DNA from: Selaginella moellendorffii
Lineage: Eukaryota > Plantae > Lycopodiophyta
DNA length: 64,000 bases
Direction: 5' to 3'
Assembly (NCBI RefSeq): GCF_000143415.4
Contig: NW_003314388.1
Location: 124,001 to 188,000, forward strand
Of the stretch, positions 1-13,192 are shown in pieces (the first letter of the stretch is position 1; each line of letters starts with the position of its first letter). A program made the position numbers and the translations under genes. Under the pieces are notes generated by a model, which ran no database searches, was not told the DNA's origin, and saw only the letters and a list, made by a program, of their open reading frames with translations.

Positions 1-6
1 TCATAC

Positions 7-261
7 CAGGATCATCTCTTCCTCCCGTGCTTCCGGAGAGGTCGGCGATCGCGCCCCCCGCGGCGAATGCGCATGTTGGAATCCGGTGACGAGCCTCCGG
101 AAGTTTGAGATCCTCCTGGAGAGCTGCGGCTCGCTCTCCTCATGGCTTTGCTTCTTGATCTTGGCCATATGCTTGACAATCTCCTTGCCGTGCCGGTAGT
201 CCAAGTACGCCTCCCTCCATTCCGGGACCTGCTGCGTCTCAAACTGCTTGCCAAACTTCAT
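7..261 (-). CDS. PHO1: PHO1-family SPX-EXS phosphate exporter, copy 1: exon 1 only, gene continues past the left edge
   Basis: ATG at 261 gives MKFGKQFETQQVPEWREAYLDY, the SPX N-terminal motif. GT donor at 6-5. Near-identical to 12938-13192. Confidence 0.85.
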
Positions 262-934
262 CGCGATCGAGATCGATCCAGCGCGAGCGACAAAGAAATA
301 TCCCTCAGATAGATCGGCTCTCCCTCCTCGCAGATCCAAATCGGTCCCACTCTAATCGAAATGCTAAGCTCGCTCTCTCAGATCGGAAATCTCACCTCGC
401 CCCACTCCGATTCATCCCAAATGCCAGTAAAATCTCACTAAGCGCTGCCGCCGCAACAGGAGCTGGAGAGATTTCCAGGAAGCAAACAAAGAATGGGGAC
501 CTAGGAACACACGTTATAAGCTAGGGCTTTATAGAACTCTATAGAAGTCATTCCAACTCGGTCCACTCTAGGACAAACACACTAGGACAGACTATTTGGC
601 ACACGTGGAAGAAATGAGGATTAATATATAGCCTCTTGACCTGGACTTGAGGTGTACGTTAGAGAGAAAAAAAGGACGATGCCAATTTTATCCATCACAA
701 AGGATAAAGTAGTAGAATTGTGACTTTACTGTTTCTTGTTGGAACTTAAATATCAAAAGGGCTGGAGCCAATGATGATTCGTAAACATCAACTATTATAT
801 AATGGAATTGATGATATTTGCGCGTACACAAAAATTTTAGTGTTTTTATACACATGTCCAAAGGAGCCAGGAGTAAGCGCGAGCGATATATCCGGAAAGA
901 TTTCAATCTTGACTGCCACTTCGTTTTTCTTTTT

Positions 935-3085
935 CTACTGCTTCTCTGCGTGCTTCTCTGCGCTTGTCGCCGCCGATGAAGACGACGACGATTGATGCTT
1001 TGACTTTTTGGACTTTTTGTGCGCGTTGGCGTGGCTCCGGCTCGGCTTCTTCACCTTCTTGCTACCACTGGAGTGCCAAGTTATCTAGTCAGTTTGCTTG
1101 AGAGTGCAAGCTCAAATTCAACTCTTTACCTGAAGGTGCTCAACACCAAATGCATCGCTGCAGCCGCTGGTAGCACCAAAACCGCCATCGCCTATGAGAG
1201 GAGAAGCAAATTAGAGCTGTCAAACACGCAACTGGAAATAAATCTCTTACGAGAAACCAAACGAGCTCTTTACTCGCCGCCCAGCCTGCCGACACCTCGT
1301 GCTTCAATAAAAGCCCGCGAACTGAGTTTTGCATCTGAAAGAAAGTGAGACGAATCAGCAGCTGCCAGCAATATTCGGCTTCTAAGACTTACCTTATTGT
1401 GATAATTTACAGCCGAGGTCAGTGCCTCCTTGGAAACTTGATGCACCTTTTCGATGTGAGGAGCAGCGTATTCTTGAGATTTCTCGTAATAAGGACGGAC
1501 GTATGCAGCAGCTTTGTCTACGTGCGGCCGAAGCTGTTTCCGTAGAGACTGCAAATGAGAGAAAGGATGTAAGAAACCTATCCGATACATGGACGATTGC
1601 AGACCTTGATGCGAGGCATAAGTTGTTCGTTCGCCTTAACAAAGTGGGGCGACAAGTGAACATTGTAGGCCTCTGACACTTTAGAAGCCAGAACTTTGCC
1701 GTTCGTGGAGACAGTATTCCAGTACGCACTCGCAGAAGGGCCTACTTTCTGGAGAAAAAATGAAGCTCATCTTAAAGCCATTGACAAAAGCAAGATAATC
1801 TGTACCTTCTTAAGAGTATCTACGTGAGGTTGAGCCCATTCCTTCGCCGTTGTGGCGTGTCGAGAGGCCTGATATAGATAATGGTTATAGATATTATGCT
1901 TTATTTCGTTAAAGTGGGACTTATTCAGTAAAGTGGGACATTAATTAGCATGTGTCCACATGCCATTTCCTAGTACTTAATTAATATTTATTAATATTTC
2001 TATCAGTTTTTTAATTTATTTTTTTATATTTCACAATATTATAACACAAAATCATATGAAAAGTTTTTAATTTATAAATTATAAAGTTAAAACTTCAATT
2101 TTTTATTGTTGTTATAAAAATGGCATGTGGCCACACACCATAAGTGGGATAATGAAAAATCCCACTTTAACGAAATAAAGCATTATTGAAGAAATAATCG
2201 GCTTACGTGCTCCGCAGCTTTCTTAAAAACTGGTTCACCGTGCAGGGTCCAATACACTGCCGAAGTTGACTATACACGCACAACAGATGAATGAAAATAT
2301 CAACAAAAACACTTCTTACCTGTATCTGCGCTAGTCGGCCCGCGGCCCATGGTGGCAGCCAAGCCTCGTAAACCTGCAAATCTTGTCACAACGAACGACG
2401 AATGAAAAATCGAAACACCTTATAAAGTTCCTGAGCCTTTGCAGCTGCCTCGGACTTTGCCTTTAGCAGAAGATTCTCAGCTATCTTACGTCTTCAGCAT
2501 CACGTGTTTCTTTCGCAGATGGGTACTGCTCTTCTCGGCCTGGTTAGAAAAAGAGAATCTTTCTCGCATCAAAGGATTCGAAAAGGATAATCTTCGTGCA
2601 AACCTGTGCGAGTTTTGTGGTTAGGTCATGAACTTTCGCTTTCGACAATTCCAGCTTGTCTTGCAACTTCTGGCGTTTTCCCTCGACTTTTTCAAGTTCC
2701 CCTCGAGTTGTTCCACCTAAAAGTCGCGGTGTTACGACAGAACAACAAGAAAGTACGACTGACACCTTCTTTGATAATTCTTCCGCCTTTACCTCCAGAC
2801 TCTGAATTTTCTTCTCCAAATCGCCAGATGCCCGCTTCTACCCACAGCACAGTCACTTCCAGTCCAAAAAATAGATCTATAGCACTCACCTGGAGAGAAT
2901 CTACTTTGCTCTCCAATGAAACGATTTTTTTGCTCTTCTCAAAGGACTCTTGCTTCGCTTGCTTTAAGTTAGAATCTGGCAAGGAGGAAAAACACATTAT
3001 ACAACGTATGGATGATAAAAGGAATTTTCTCTACCTGTGACCGATAGCCGTGCCTCCAGCTTGTGGAGCTTGATAATCTCCCGAT
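935..3085 (-). pseudogene. 5'-truncated, frameshifted duplicate of the coiled-coil gene at 13876-15883
   Basis: Lacks the ATG and signal peptide. Relative to the intact copy it has a 4-nt deletion (~2490), a 1-nt deletion (~2675) and a 12-nt deletion (~3060) in exons, plus an intronic MITE. Confidence 0.85.
1896..2183. mobile_element. MITE, 288 bp, 24-bp perfect TIRs, apparent 4-bp TSD TATT
   Basis: ATGCTTTATTTCGTTAAAGTGGGA (1896-1919) is the reverse complement of 2160-2183. TATT flanks both ends. AT-rich core. Absent from the paralogous intron at ~14830. Confidence 0.9.
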
Positions 3086-3872
3086 TTAAAATATTATTTT
3101 GTGAGTCATACATATGTTTTATAATAATTAAATATACATGTGTTTTTTTTCACATATTTTGTAAAATTTTACAATTGTTTACAAACTGCCGACCCTAGGT
3201 ACACCTCCCCTCAGCAAATATACTATAAACAACCAATAATAATAATTCAAAAAACAATCTTTAAAAGTTCAAATATAAAGGAAAAATGTCTTTTTCCAAA
3301 TTGGTTAAGATATTTAGAGTTAAGTGTCATTAAGTTTAAATATGTGACATTTCAGGAAGTTAAAATTTATTGTATTAGAGTAGTTTTATGTTTAACTTTG
3401 TTAATTTCTAAGGGAATCACACTATATATTGAAATTGATATTTGGTAATTAAGTTTACTTGGGTTGGATTTTACCTAAAAGGTAAGGTATCAAAAGAATA
3501 GAACTCTTAGAAAAATTGTAATTTTCAACTGTTGTTCATAAAAGAGTAAACTTGTAAGGAAGCAATTAAAAAGAAAATGATTTATAAAAGTTTAAATATA
3601 AAATAAAGTATCTTTATTATATCCTTAAAGATTTTAAAATATTTAAGGTTAAGTGTCTTTGGATTTATATAGTGTTGAGTTAGATGAGTTCTTGGGAAAC
3701 TCAAATTCAGAAGTTACTTATATAGATTTTCTTAAAGCTTTCTTTATTTCATGCTTATTTTATGGCAAGGTGGGTAGCATAGGTAAAAGTTTATAAAATA
3801 TATTACTGAAAAAAACAAATATGTTTAAATTTTTATAACACATATATGTGCCTCACAAAATAATATTTTAAA
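3085..3872. mobile_element. AT-rich foldback / long-TIR non-autonomous DNA element at the duplication breakpoint
   Basis: ~90-bp imperfect inverted repeat, 3085-3172 (TTTAAAATATTATTTTGTGAG...) vs 3783-3872 (...CTCACAAAATAATATTTTAAA). Short degenerate tandem repeats follow at ~3875-3990. Confidence 0.6.
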
Positions 3873-5112
3873 CACATACATGTATTGTTGTCCCCATTTT
3901 ACATAGCAAATAAGCATGTATTATTGTCTACCATGTATACATAGCAAATAGACATATATTGTTATTTGCAATATATGCATGGCAAAGTCCAAATCAATGC
4001 CACATATATAATTTTTCACACTATATAAATTTCACTCCATGTTAGATATTTTGACAGATCAGCACTTAAAGTTTGTGGATGTGATATTTTTCAATACGCA
4101 AGTTTTATTTTGAATTTGGATGGCATAGGCTAAACTCACAATCACTGTATGCTTAAAGTTATTTCCCTAACAAAACCATTATAATGCTAAAATCTTTAGT
4201 GTGTAATTAAGAATGCAAGAAATCAATAGAGTTAATATGTTATTACAACTACAACAAAATCCACTTGCTTGCAAAAAAATTATTGTTCTTAACACCCTAA
4301 GCACCTAGAGAAATGTTTTGCCTCACCTCCTAATAAAACCCAATGGCATAAACATTAACTCTGTGATACTTACCCAACACTATTGCTTTTTAGTGAACAT
4401 AGGGCTCACAGTTGGCTGCATTACATTGGCTTGCTTAAGATGACTTATGAGGATTTGGAGAACAAGAAGGGAATTCTTCTTTAGTTGTTACTTAGCCATG
4501 GCTTCCTTTACTTTACTTATGCACTAGCTTCTTCTTCTAAGTTAATGAGAGATCCTGGAGTCATCAAGGTTTGCGGTATGTGCATAATTCACAAGACAGA
4601 CGAGAGTTTCCCTCTCTAATCTGCTAGCAGCGGACACTTTCAGGATGTAGAGCTTTGTAAGCCATAATGGTCAGTAGAGCTCTTGAACCAAAAGTATCTT
4701 GGAGAAAGAAGGGAGAAGCAGTCAGAGTGAAGTAGATGGCTGATCAACTGGAGCATGATGAGCTCAAGGATCAATAATTGATTCAGGAGTTAACCTTACA
4801 AACCAAGCAACAAATGGAGATGCTTCTCCAAAAGGGCACCAGCTAGGAGAACGATCTGTAGCAAATCCATCAAGTGTGCTTTTTGCAAGCTATTTTCCTC
4901 CTCCCAGTGACACATCCGTGAGACAGCTCCACATGCTTAAGTATGGCAACAAGATCAGTAAGTAGTACCGTGACGACACACAAAGCACGAAAGAGAACGT
5001 TTTCTCCTTATATAAAATGAGGTTACGTCAACCATAGTTCCCTAATCCTTTAGACCTTGAAATTTTAAAATGTATGTAAAAAGAATAAAAAGTGTAATAG
5101 TTTATAAACAAC

Positions 5113-6740
5113 TCAGGAAGAAAAGGCTGCTACAACCATATCCACGCTTCTCTCAATCTCTTTCAAGTACTCAACGAGAATTCTTTGCTTGTAAGAGCCA
5201 CCTTCCTGCTTATAAGCTTTTGCTCAAAAAACCAAGAAAAGAAAAAAAATGAAGCAATGAGACTTACTGTTCTAAGAAGAATTCGCTCAATGCGTTTCTT
5301 AGCCATTTTGCGAAGATCTACGCTCTTAACTGGGCCACCGCCCAAGTCCACTCCGGACCTTATCATGCCATCCCAAGCTTCGCTGTCAGCTATAAAAAAT
5401 AGAACTTGTCTAGCTAACCACGAGAAAAGGAAGATGCAAAAGCGAACCTGAGATTATATTCTCGAGTAGTTCCTCAGCTTCGTCTACGACTCCATCTGCT
5501 TATATCAAACAAAGAAAAAAGGATTACAGCGTAAGTTTGTTGTGAGAAACGATTGAAGCTACAAACCTCTCTTGGCATAGCTTGTCTTTGCAAGAAACGT
5601 TGCTGCATAAAGTTGTAGCACTTTTTGTAGCAAAGCCAGCAATCCGGGCTTATCAGCATCTTTTTTGGCCTTTCTAGCAACGAAAAATGTAAAAATATAT
5701 GAAATTAAAAGAAAGGAAACCTTCCATCCATACCTGACGAAGTTGAGCGTTCACTTCTGCGAGAAAACCGTCATCCAAGTAGCCGGAACTTTCCCTGTGC
5801 ATCAGCTCCTGAGATTGAGAAAGAAGAAAAAAGGAATTTAAAAGAACAAACATCTACAAAAACAGAGATACCTTTCTGACTCTTTGCAACGCATCAGGAT
5901 CACGAGGCGGCCAGACAATTTCTTCGTTTTTGGAGCCCGCGACTGGCTCTAGAATCGCCATAAGCACATCTGTGGAAGTTTCAATCTTTTCCTGTTCATT
6001 CAGACAAATGAACATTCTTTCAGACAAAAATTGGGTGATAACAGATATGTGTAAACCTCTGTCTTCTGTACAATCCGCTCGACTAGCTGCATTATGTTGG
6101 AGGCAAGCTCTTCAAGATCCACCTTCCAAATTTAATTCTTTACAACAAGATAATACGAAATGGATGAAACCTTACCTTATCATCTTCCGATTTACAAAGG
6201 TCTGTCCTGGTAGCCAGTCGAAGCCAGAACTTACTATCAAACGCCAGGACATTCTCCGCAACTATCTGTGGTAGCTAGAGAATAAAAAGGAAAAACAAAA
6301 CTTTCAGTGATCATTATTTAAGTAGCCAGTTCTTTCCGACTCACTCACCAGTCGGGAGTCTGTGCTCTGCAGCTTATCTATCAATCGATCAATCTCTTCG
6401 CCGCTGCTCGATTGTGATGCCTGGGTGGAATCAGCAGCAGCAGCACAAATGCAAAAGTTGCTCCTTGTCTCAGAGCACCTGAGAGAGATATAAGCAACGA
6501 AAAAACAACAAAACACAGGGTAGGAGGTGACTCACATTCGCAAATTCGGCTCCGCAATGCTATGAATTCGAAGAGCCCAGGGCCTCGTTGGAACGTATCC
6601 AGAAGCCTAACAAAATAAAATATGAAAGAAAGAGATTTACATCTGAAACACCGGAGAACCCTCGTTACCCAGTGGCCATTTCCATTGGAAGACCGAATAG
6701 AGCAGAATGCTGAAGCAGCAGCAGCCGCCATTGTCGCCAT
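5113..6740 (-). CDS. Uncharacterised, probably plastid-targeted helical protein (multi-exon)
   Basis: Ala/Ser-rich transit-peptide-like start MATMAAAAASAFCS. Spliced exons read LPQIVAENVLAFDSKFWLRLATR, EKIETSTDVL..WPPRDP, KKRIERILLRT-EGGSYKQRILVEYLKEIE. TGA at 5115-5113. Confidence 0.75.
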
Positions 6741-6949
6741 TGCAACAACAGCTTCAAAAGAAAAGGGAGGGGATTCTGAACGAAACAAATCAGCTTTGAT
6801 TCTCTTAAGTTAATGGATTTGAGTGTCCATAATTATTAATCGAAGAATAGCTACAAAACAGCAGCTGCAAATCAAGAATCAAACTCTACCTAAAGGGAAA
6901 AAAATCGCTGGACACGCACCTAAAAAGGAGAAGTACACGATCATCGCGC

Positions 6950-9900
6950 TCATAGAAAATCACGCATAAGGACGGGCTTCTTCACCGCGTTTGTAAATCC
7001 CTGAAGCCAAGAAAACGCTCAGCTATGCACCACAAAGAGAAGCGTCCGACCTCGTGAAATTTAAAGAGCAATGGCCTCGAATCTCTTTTAGCTGTTGAAA
7101 CTTCCCGTTTGGAGGAGTGGCCTTCCGTGCTTCCTGTTCTAAACCTGCAACGACAGTGTGGATTTGAACAGCACAACGAACCTACCTGTCAAAGAAAGAA
7201 GCTTTCTTCAAGACAGTGTTTGCCTTGACAACTTCGGTCTTAGATGTTGTCACGAGTTTTCCAGTGGATGCTGAAGCTGATACGATAGTTCTCTTTTCAA
7301 TGGTAGTAGACTTGACGATGGTATTATTGTTGGCAGAAACAGATGGCTTCTGCTGGAATGGTTTAGAGGACCGCTTTGCAGTTTCGCGTTTTATCGCTTC
7401 CATTTCAACCTGAAATATCGCATTACGCATGCATTCTTTGTGTATGAACTTCTGCACCTCGTGGCTCAGCATCTGTTGAATGGTTGAAGAAAGTTCTCCA
7501 TGGCTGTGGGCGTATTCCTGATAGGCAAGGAAGAATGAACTTCAAAACTTATAACACAGAAACAATAACGATTACCTTGAAGGTTATAAAGGTATGCAGT
7601 GGAGGATCTAACAGGAATGCTTCCCCTGAGAACTTATGTACTGTGAGACTGTCAGCCTTGGACTTCTTGTACCGAAGTCCATAACTTATCATTGTATCCA
7701 CAAGCTGCTTAAGGTCTTCGCGTTCTTGCTGAGAAAGGAGATTAGAAGCAACCTGCACGTACCACGGCATCAGTACATGAAAATACATTATCTAGTTCTT
7801 ACGGGCCGCAACTTGGGAGCCAAAATCGATAACAAAGGAGAAAGAACATCCTGGATCAAAGAGGGGCACAAAATGGTTCGCGATAGGGCCGGTGTCATTG
7901 AAGTCAGCCACGACTTCAAAATTTCTGTGTTTGCTGCACGGACTTGACGATTTCTGGAACAACAGAAACCAGTCAGTACAGAATTTCTACAATATTAAAC
8001 CGTACCTCTGAAATGATTTCGGCCACTCAAGCTTAGGCCGAACAGGCTGCGAAATCAAACGGCGAATAGCAAGTTTAAAAGAAGGTCGATACGCTGTTTC
8101 ATGCAGAGTGAAAAGTCTTTGGAACAAGAACAAACGGTACCATTCAGAAAAAACTGCTGCTGCGAAGCTGTTTTTCGTCCAAAAATATCTGACGCGCCTA
8201 TCACTTCCAGGCATTGAAGCTAAGAAGTAGCAATGAAGACCAATGAGGCAGAGAAAAACCAATTTCGATATTTACCGTCTTTTGGAGGTATACATCATGA
8301 TAATGCACATGCAAGAAGTTCTCAAAAATACCCTCCATTCCAAGGTCATACTCTCCGCTGCATAAAAACATTAGCAAATAAGCCAATACTTCTAGAACTT
8401 TAGAACGTACTGGTTCGCATAAACGTCATGGACCCGACTGAACTCCGCGTGTGCCTGCTTCATTCTGGTTCTGTTTCTAGTCCAGAATGTCTAGCAAAAC
8501 AGCATAAGCAGATAGAAAATGAACTGGAAGAAACTTACCTCAAGCCATATGTCGAACATGCTGCTGGTCATGTCTTTTTTACCAATAACCTGAGAAGCAA
8601 CTTCTAGCTGCAAAGTAGAGCGCCTTAGAAAGTTTGATAAAAAAAAAATGGCAGGATTACCGCTTTCAGCGACTGTCCGTTCCGAAACAAGAACTGAAGA
8701 GTGTTTAAACACGAGCGAATATCTGATTCTGTAATTCGAGTCAAAAATTTGCGCCGACAGCAATTGTTTGTTACCAGTGTGCACAGCGAGGGCAGCTAGA
8801 GCGCGTGTGTCCACCTTGTAACCTTCTGACTTGCAAATGAAATTTAGTCTGCATAGACACCGTGAGTGGTTTTGAAGAGCAAATGAAAAAGTTACAACCT
8901 TGTCACTATCCTATGAGGACTTGGAGGAGAAAATATATGAATCCTGCCAAAACTGCTGTTAAGATACAAAAGAGATGGTGTTGCGGTACCGGGCAATTTG
9001 ACGCAAAGGCCGTAAGGCAGGAGCATAAAGGTCGTTGCAAATGCAAATGATCTGTGCCACAAAAGTTGGCGAGGTTCTCTATAGGACGCAAGCTTAGGGG
9101 TCCCATATCGTTTAAACTGGTTATCAGAAGGTTGTGGCCCAAGCTTGTGTTGTTGCAAAGCTTTGAGAACCTCTTTAGGTGTAGAGTGCCTTTTAACACC
9201 GTAAACGCATAGATCCCACTGCTTCAACCAGCTCAAGACCTACTAATGAAAACGTTACACACAGGAAACAATTCGTAAAATCATGACATACCTCTCGATT
9301 GATCTGTTCATCGCTCAAAAGCTCGGTGAACGACTTCGGCGAGTATTTATCAACCCACAGCTGATCAATCCTCTCCGCCGAGACAGCGATAGGATCTTTT
9401 TCCTTCTCAGCGAGCTCGCAAGCCTTCGAGAAAATCCATGAAAATAAATTGATCAAGAACGAAGAGCTGCCATACTTGTTTGAACTGTTCGAGCTCCAGT
9501 TGTTCAATCATTTTCTCGACGGGCATCGAGAGAAGCTGGTCTGGAGCAACAAAGTCGAGTTAAGTTCGTCACGAGTCCAACTGATCATACCTTGTTTCTT
9601 ATCACGCAGCACCGGCTGAGGAGAGAAGTTTCTATCAACTTCGGCATAGACTCGTTCACCTGATGGCCCAGTTATGGAAATCAGCTCCCCGGCAATGTCC
9701 GCCGCACGCTTTCGCGGGAAATGGTGTTGATCCAATTCTTCGCGAAAATTTTCTTCCCCATAAAAACTTTCTTCGCGGCAATCTTCGAGAACAATGGTAC
9801 TTTCCTCTTCCACGGCAATCGCGCATTCCTTTCTCGCTATAGCATCTTGGACTCTCCTTGATTTGATCGGCGACACGCACACATCGGGAATCACGAGCTT

Positions 9901-10161
9901 TCTCTTCACTATAGGGGAAAAGAAAAAATCCATGAGAAATTTCAGAATGTAGGCCAAACCTGGCAGATCGCGCTGCGCATCCTCGCCGCCGCCGGCATTC
10001 AGATCCTCAAACCCTCCCCTGCCCTCCTCAAACCCATCGGAGCCCCGCCGCCGCTGGATCTGACCAAAGAACGCTTCATCCATGAGAAGCTCTTCGTCCT
10101 CCATGGCCTGACCCTGCTCCATCGCCATCCACTCGAGCTCATCGTCGCCAGGCGCCTCCAT
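6950..10161 (-). CDS. CTF18: CTF18 (alternative RFC clamp-loader large subunit) homolog with internal deletion of the AAA+ Walker A/B region; possibly a pseudogene
   Basis: Motifs LWVDKYSPKSFTELLSDE, WLKQWD, IICICNDLYAPALRPLR, SDIRSCLNTLQF, GKKDMT and C-terminal FKFHEGFTNAVKKP. No GxxGxGKT or DEID motif between WLKQWD and IICICND. Confidence 0.85.
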
Positions 10162-10292
10162 AGCCGCCAGAACTCAAAGCCCGCCAAAATGCCTTACATA
10201 TTCTGCTAGCCCAAATATTCTGTTTAGCAGGTCAGAACATTCCGTCTATTTACAAAAGATTCCGTTTACAAAAAAAAAGGGAGGGAAAAACA

Positions 10293-13192
10293 TCAATCCA
10301 CAAACGGCAGAGGCACCGACTTGACAGCACGAAACTTTCCAACGTTGTTGAAATGCTCGTTCTCCAGCCTAGATCAAAGACATTGCGAATTTTAGAGCCA
10401 GAGAATCGAAGAGATGGAAGAATGTGACGAGATTTACCTGTAATAGTTCCATTGTCCACGCCTGATAACTTCCAGGCTAGCCACGATGAGCGACAGCCCC
10501 TTGGGATTTATCCCTGGCATCGAAATCGGTATCAAGGATTGGAGCCATGCGAATCTCAGCAAAATGTTGGACACCTACATTGTCACCGAGAGCTTTAGAA
10601 CTGAAACCGATAAGTTGATGCAAGAACTTACAATGGCGAAGTAGTAGACCGACTTGTATGGGATAGCGAGCTTCTCCCTGAGCCAGGGATTGGCGGAGTT
10701 TCGCTCGAGAAGGCCCCAGTCGTAGACTAAATCCCAGTAAGTTGAGACGATGGCTGCTGTGGCGGAGATGGCGATGGTGAAGCCCAGCAGCAGTGGATCC
10801 TTGTGGTATCCGTAGGCCAGCCTCGCTGCCACGGCCAGGATCGCCGAGAAGTATTTGAGAGCGTTGTACAGCTGCATCACATCCTTCTCATCGTACCAAC
10901 GCCGTAGACACTGTCATCAAGAGAAGGAGCTACGTAAGTTACCAAGGAGGAGCTCAACAGAATCTGCGAGACGAATGAAGTTACCTGCGAGAAACGGCAC
11001 CAGTAAGGTAGCAACGCCATGACGAATCCAAACGTGATGAAGGTCGGGTTCTTGAGGCAGGCATTGCTGTTGCGGTCCTTGAAAAATCCACCGCCGAAGT
11101 AGCATAGAACGTATTCCAGATCTCTCAGTGCCGGAACCTGCAACTCAAAGTTTGTCACAAAGCTGAGAATGAGGCTGTCGGAATTTACCTGACTCGTAAG
11201 CTGGTCTGCGAGAAGAAAATCCGTGATGATAACCTGTCATATAAACAAAAGCATGAATAACAAGTTGATATATCACGAGAGACACTGCGAACCTTGTAGA
11301 ATGGCGTCAATAGGCAATGCCAAAGGGCGTTCAGGAAAAAGTAACGGGTGGCGCGGTAGAGTATGTTGAATGGCATACAGAGAAGCACGACCATTCCCTG
11401 AAGCACACGGAAGCTCAGGCATTTGGTACAAAAAATCTATTAAAGCAAAATACTTACAGCGACAACGAGGAGCGGGATGATTTCCTGATATGTTTGGCAG
11501 CATCTCTCACCAGCCGTCAATTGCAAGTGTAGTATCAACCCACTCAGAGCTAATGTACTCAGCCCCGTTGCGAGCAAAAACACATCTCGGAAGCGTAGCT
11601 CGGACTTTCGGTTGAGCCCAAGAATAAACGTGTGATTTATTCTGGTCCTTCTCCACATATATATGTTTAGTCCGTAGAGGAAGAAGTGTAGCAGTACTGC
11701 TGTAAGCATACTGTAAAGAGAAGTATATCTCATGAGAAAGTTAGACAAGGATATTAGCTAAGGTTTCACCTGAAAATCGGGAACACTGCATCCATGTATG
11801 TCATAGCATATTCACGAACATATAGCCTCTCGACGCGAATGGTTAAAACGAGAGACACTAGAAGAGCAACAGAGAGACCAAAGAATACACCTGCGCAAAC
11901 AAAGCTGTTAAGTCAACAAGGCACCTTGAGGACTCTCAAGAACATCGCATTACCTACAAAGAATGATATCCGGTGCCTCTCCTTCCGGGCCTCGGGTCTC
12001 AGAACTTGCATCGCGTCGCGACGGTTTGAATCCGTGAAATGCTTGGTGAACAGTACCTCTACTTTTTCCATAAGCTTTTGGATCTGAAAGTGAGAAACAT
12101 CGAGTGGCATTAACACCGATTGAGAATATTAATGTGCGATCACTTACAATCTCAGATTGTCCGATGTGTGAATCTTCTACGGCTTTCATGTACTTCCTTC
12201 CAAGGTTCCGCTGAGTAACCTGGAGGCATCGTACAAAGAATCTGTGTAAGTCAAACCGGTGGATGTCAAAAAAGCTGGCTGACCTTGTTGTATTTTTTCA
12301 GGAGCTTCGAAAACGCAATTATGTTCAACGAGCTGCAGAGGAACAGGACAACATGAAACACGAACTTTCGAAAAGCGAACTTACGTACCAAAAGTTTCTC
12401 AAGATGTAAAGTCCCTTGTAAAACTCCACGAAGGCGTTCTGAAGCATCTCCTCGGCTCGCTTCAGTCGCCGCGAGTTTAAGTTCGTGATGGACTTGTTGG
12501 CCAGCTCCGCGAAGAGAGCAGCCAGCGCGTCGGCTGGCTTCGCCGCAGGGATGTCAATCTTTATCTGTCGCACGCTCCCTCCATCTTCCTCCACCACGGA
12601 CAGGCGGCCATGGCTGCTAGCGTTGCTCTCCCCGTTTCCAGCGTCTAAGTTGTCCACGGATTTCTTTGCCGAGAGGAGAGCTTCCATCTGGGAATCCAGC
12701 GCCGTCGCCTGCGTCACGAGCTCCTTCTCCTTGGACTTGTAAAACTTGTTGAGCTTGGCCAGCTCCTCATCGAGCAGCCGAAAGAACGTTCTCTCGAGCT
12801 CGTTGTGCGGGCTACCAACACCCAAGAACGCTGTCTGGAACTCCATGCCATCGCTAGTTTGCTTTGGCTCGATCTATATCCACAAAAGAAAAAGTGTCAC
12901 AACGTTAAGTGAATCCCGAAGAAGAAGAATCTCATACCAGGATCATCTCTTCCTCCCGTGCTTCCGGAGAGGTCGGCGATCGCGCCCCCCGCGGCGAATG
13001 CGCATGTTGGAATCCGCTGACGAGCCTCCGGAAGTTTGAGATCCTCCTGGAGAGCTGCGCCTCGCTCTCCTCATGGCTTTGCTTCTTGATCTTGGCCATA
13101 TGCTTGACAATCTCCTTGCCGTGCCGGTAGTCCAAGTACGCCTCCCTCCATTCCGGGACCTGCTGCGTCTCAAACTGCTTGCCAAACTTCAT
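10293..13192 (-). CDS. PHO1: PHO1-family SPX-EXS phosphate exporter, complete copy
   Basis: SPX motifs (MKFGKQF, FFRLLDEELAKLNKFY, AFVEFYKGL..L) and EXS motifs (DFLLADQLTSQ, YWDLVYDWGLL, RRGQWNYYRLENEH). Ends KSVPLPFVD* at 10293. Confidence 0.93.

Larger units (their letters stand above)
1..3085. repeat. Segmental duplication, copy 1 (partner 12932-15768)
   Basis: Collinear near-identity with 12932-15768 apart from small indels and a MITE. Similarity ends abruptly after CTCCCGAT at 3085. Confidence 0.95.

Noticed and set aside
4390-4960. Possible decayed coding fragments on the plus strand
   Set aside because: Multiple stops and no recognisable family.
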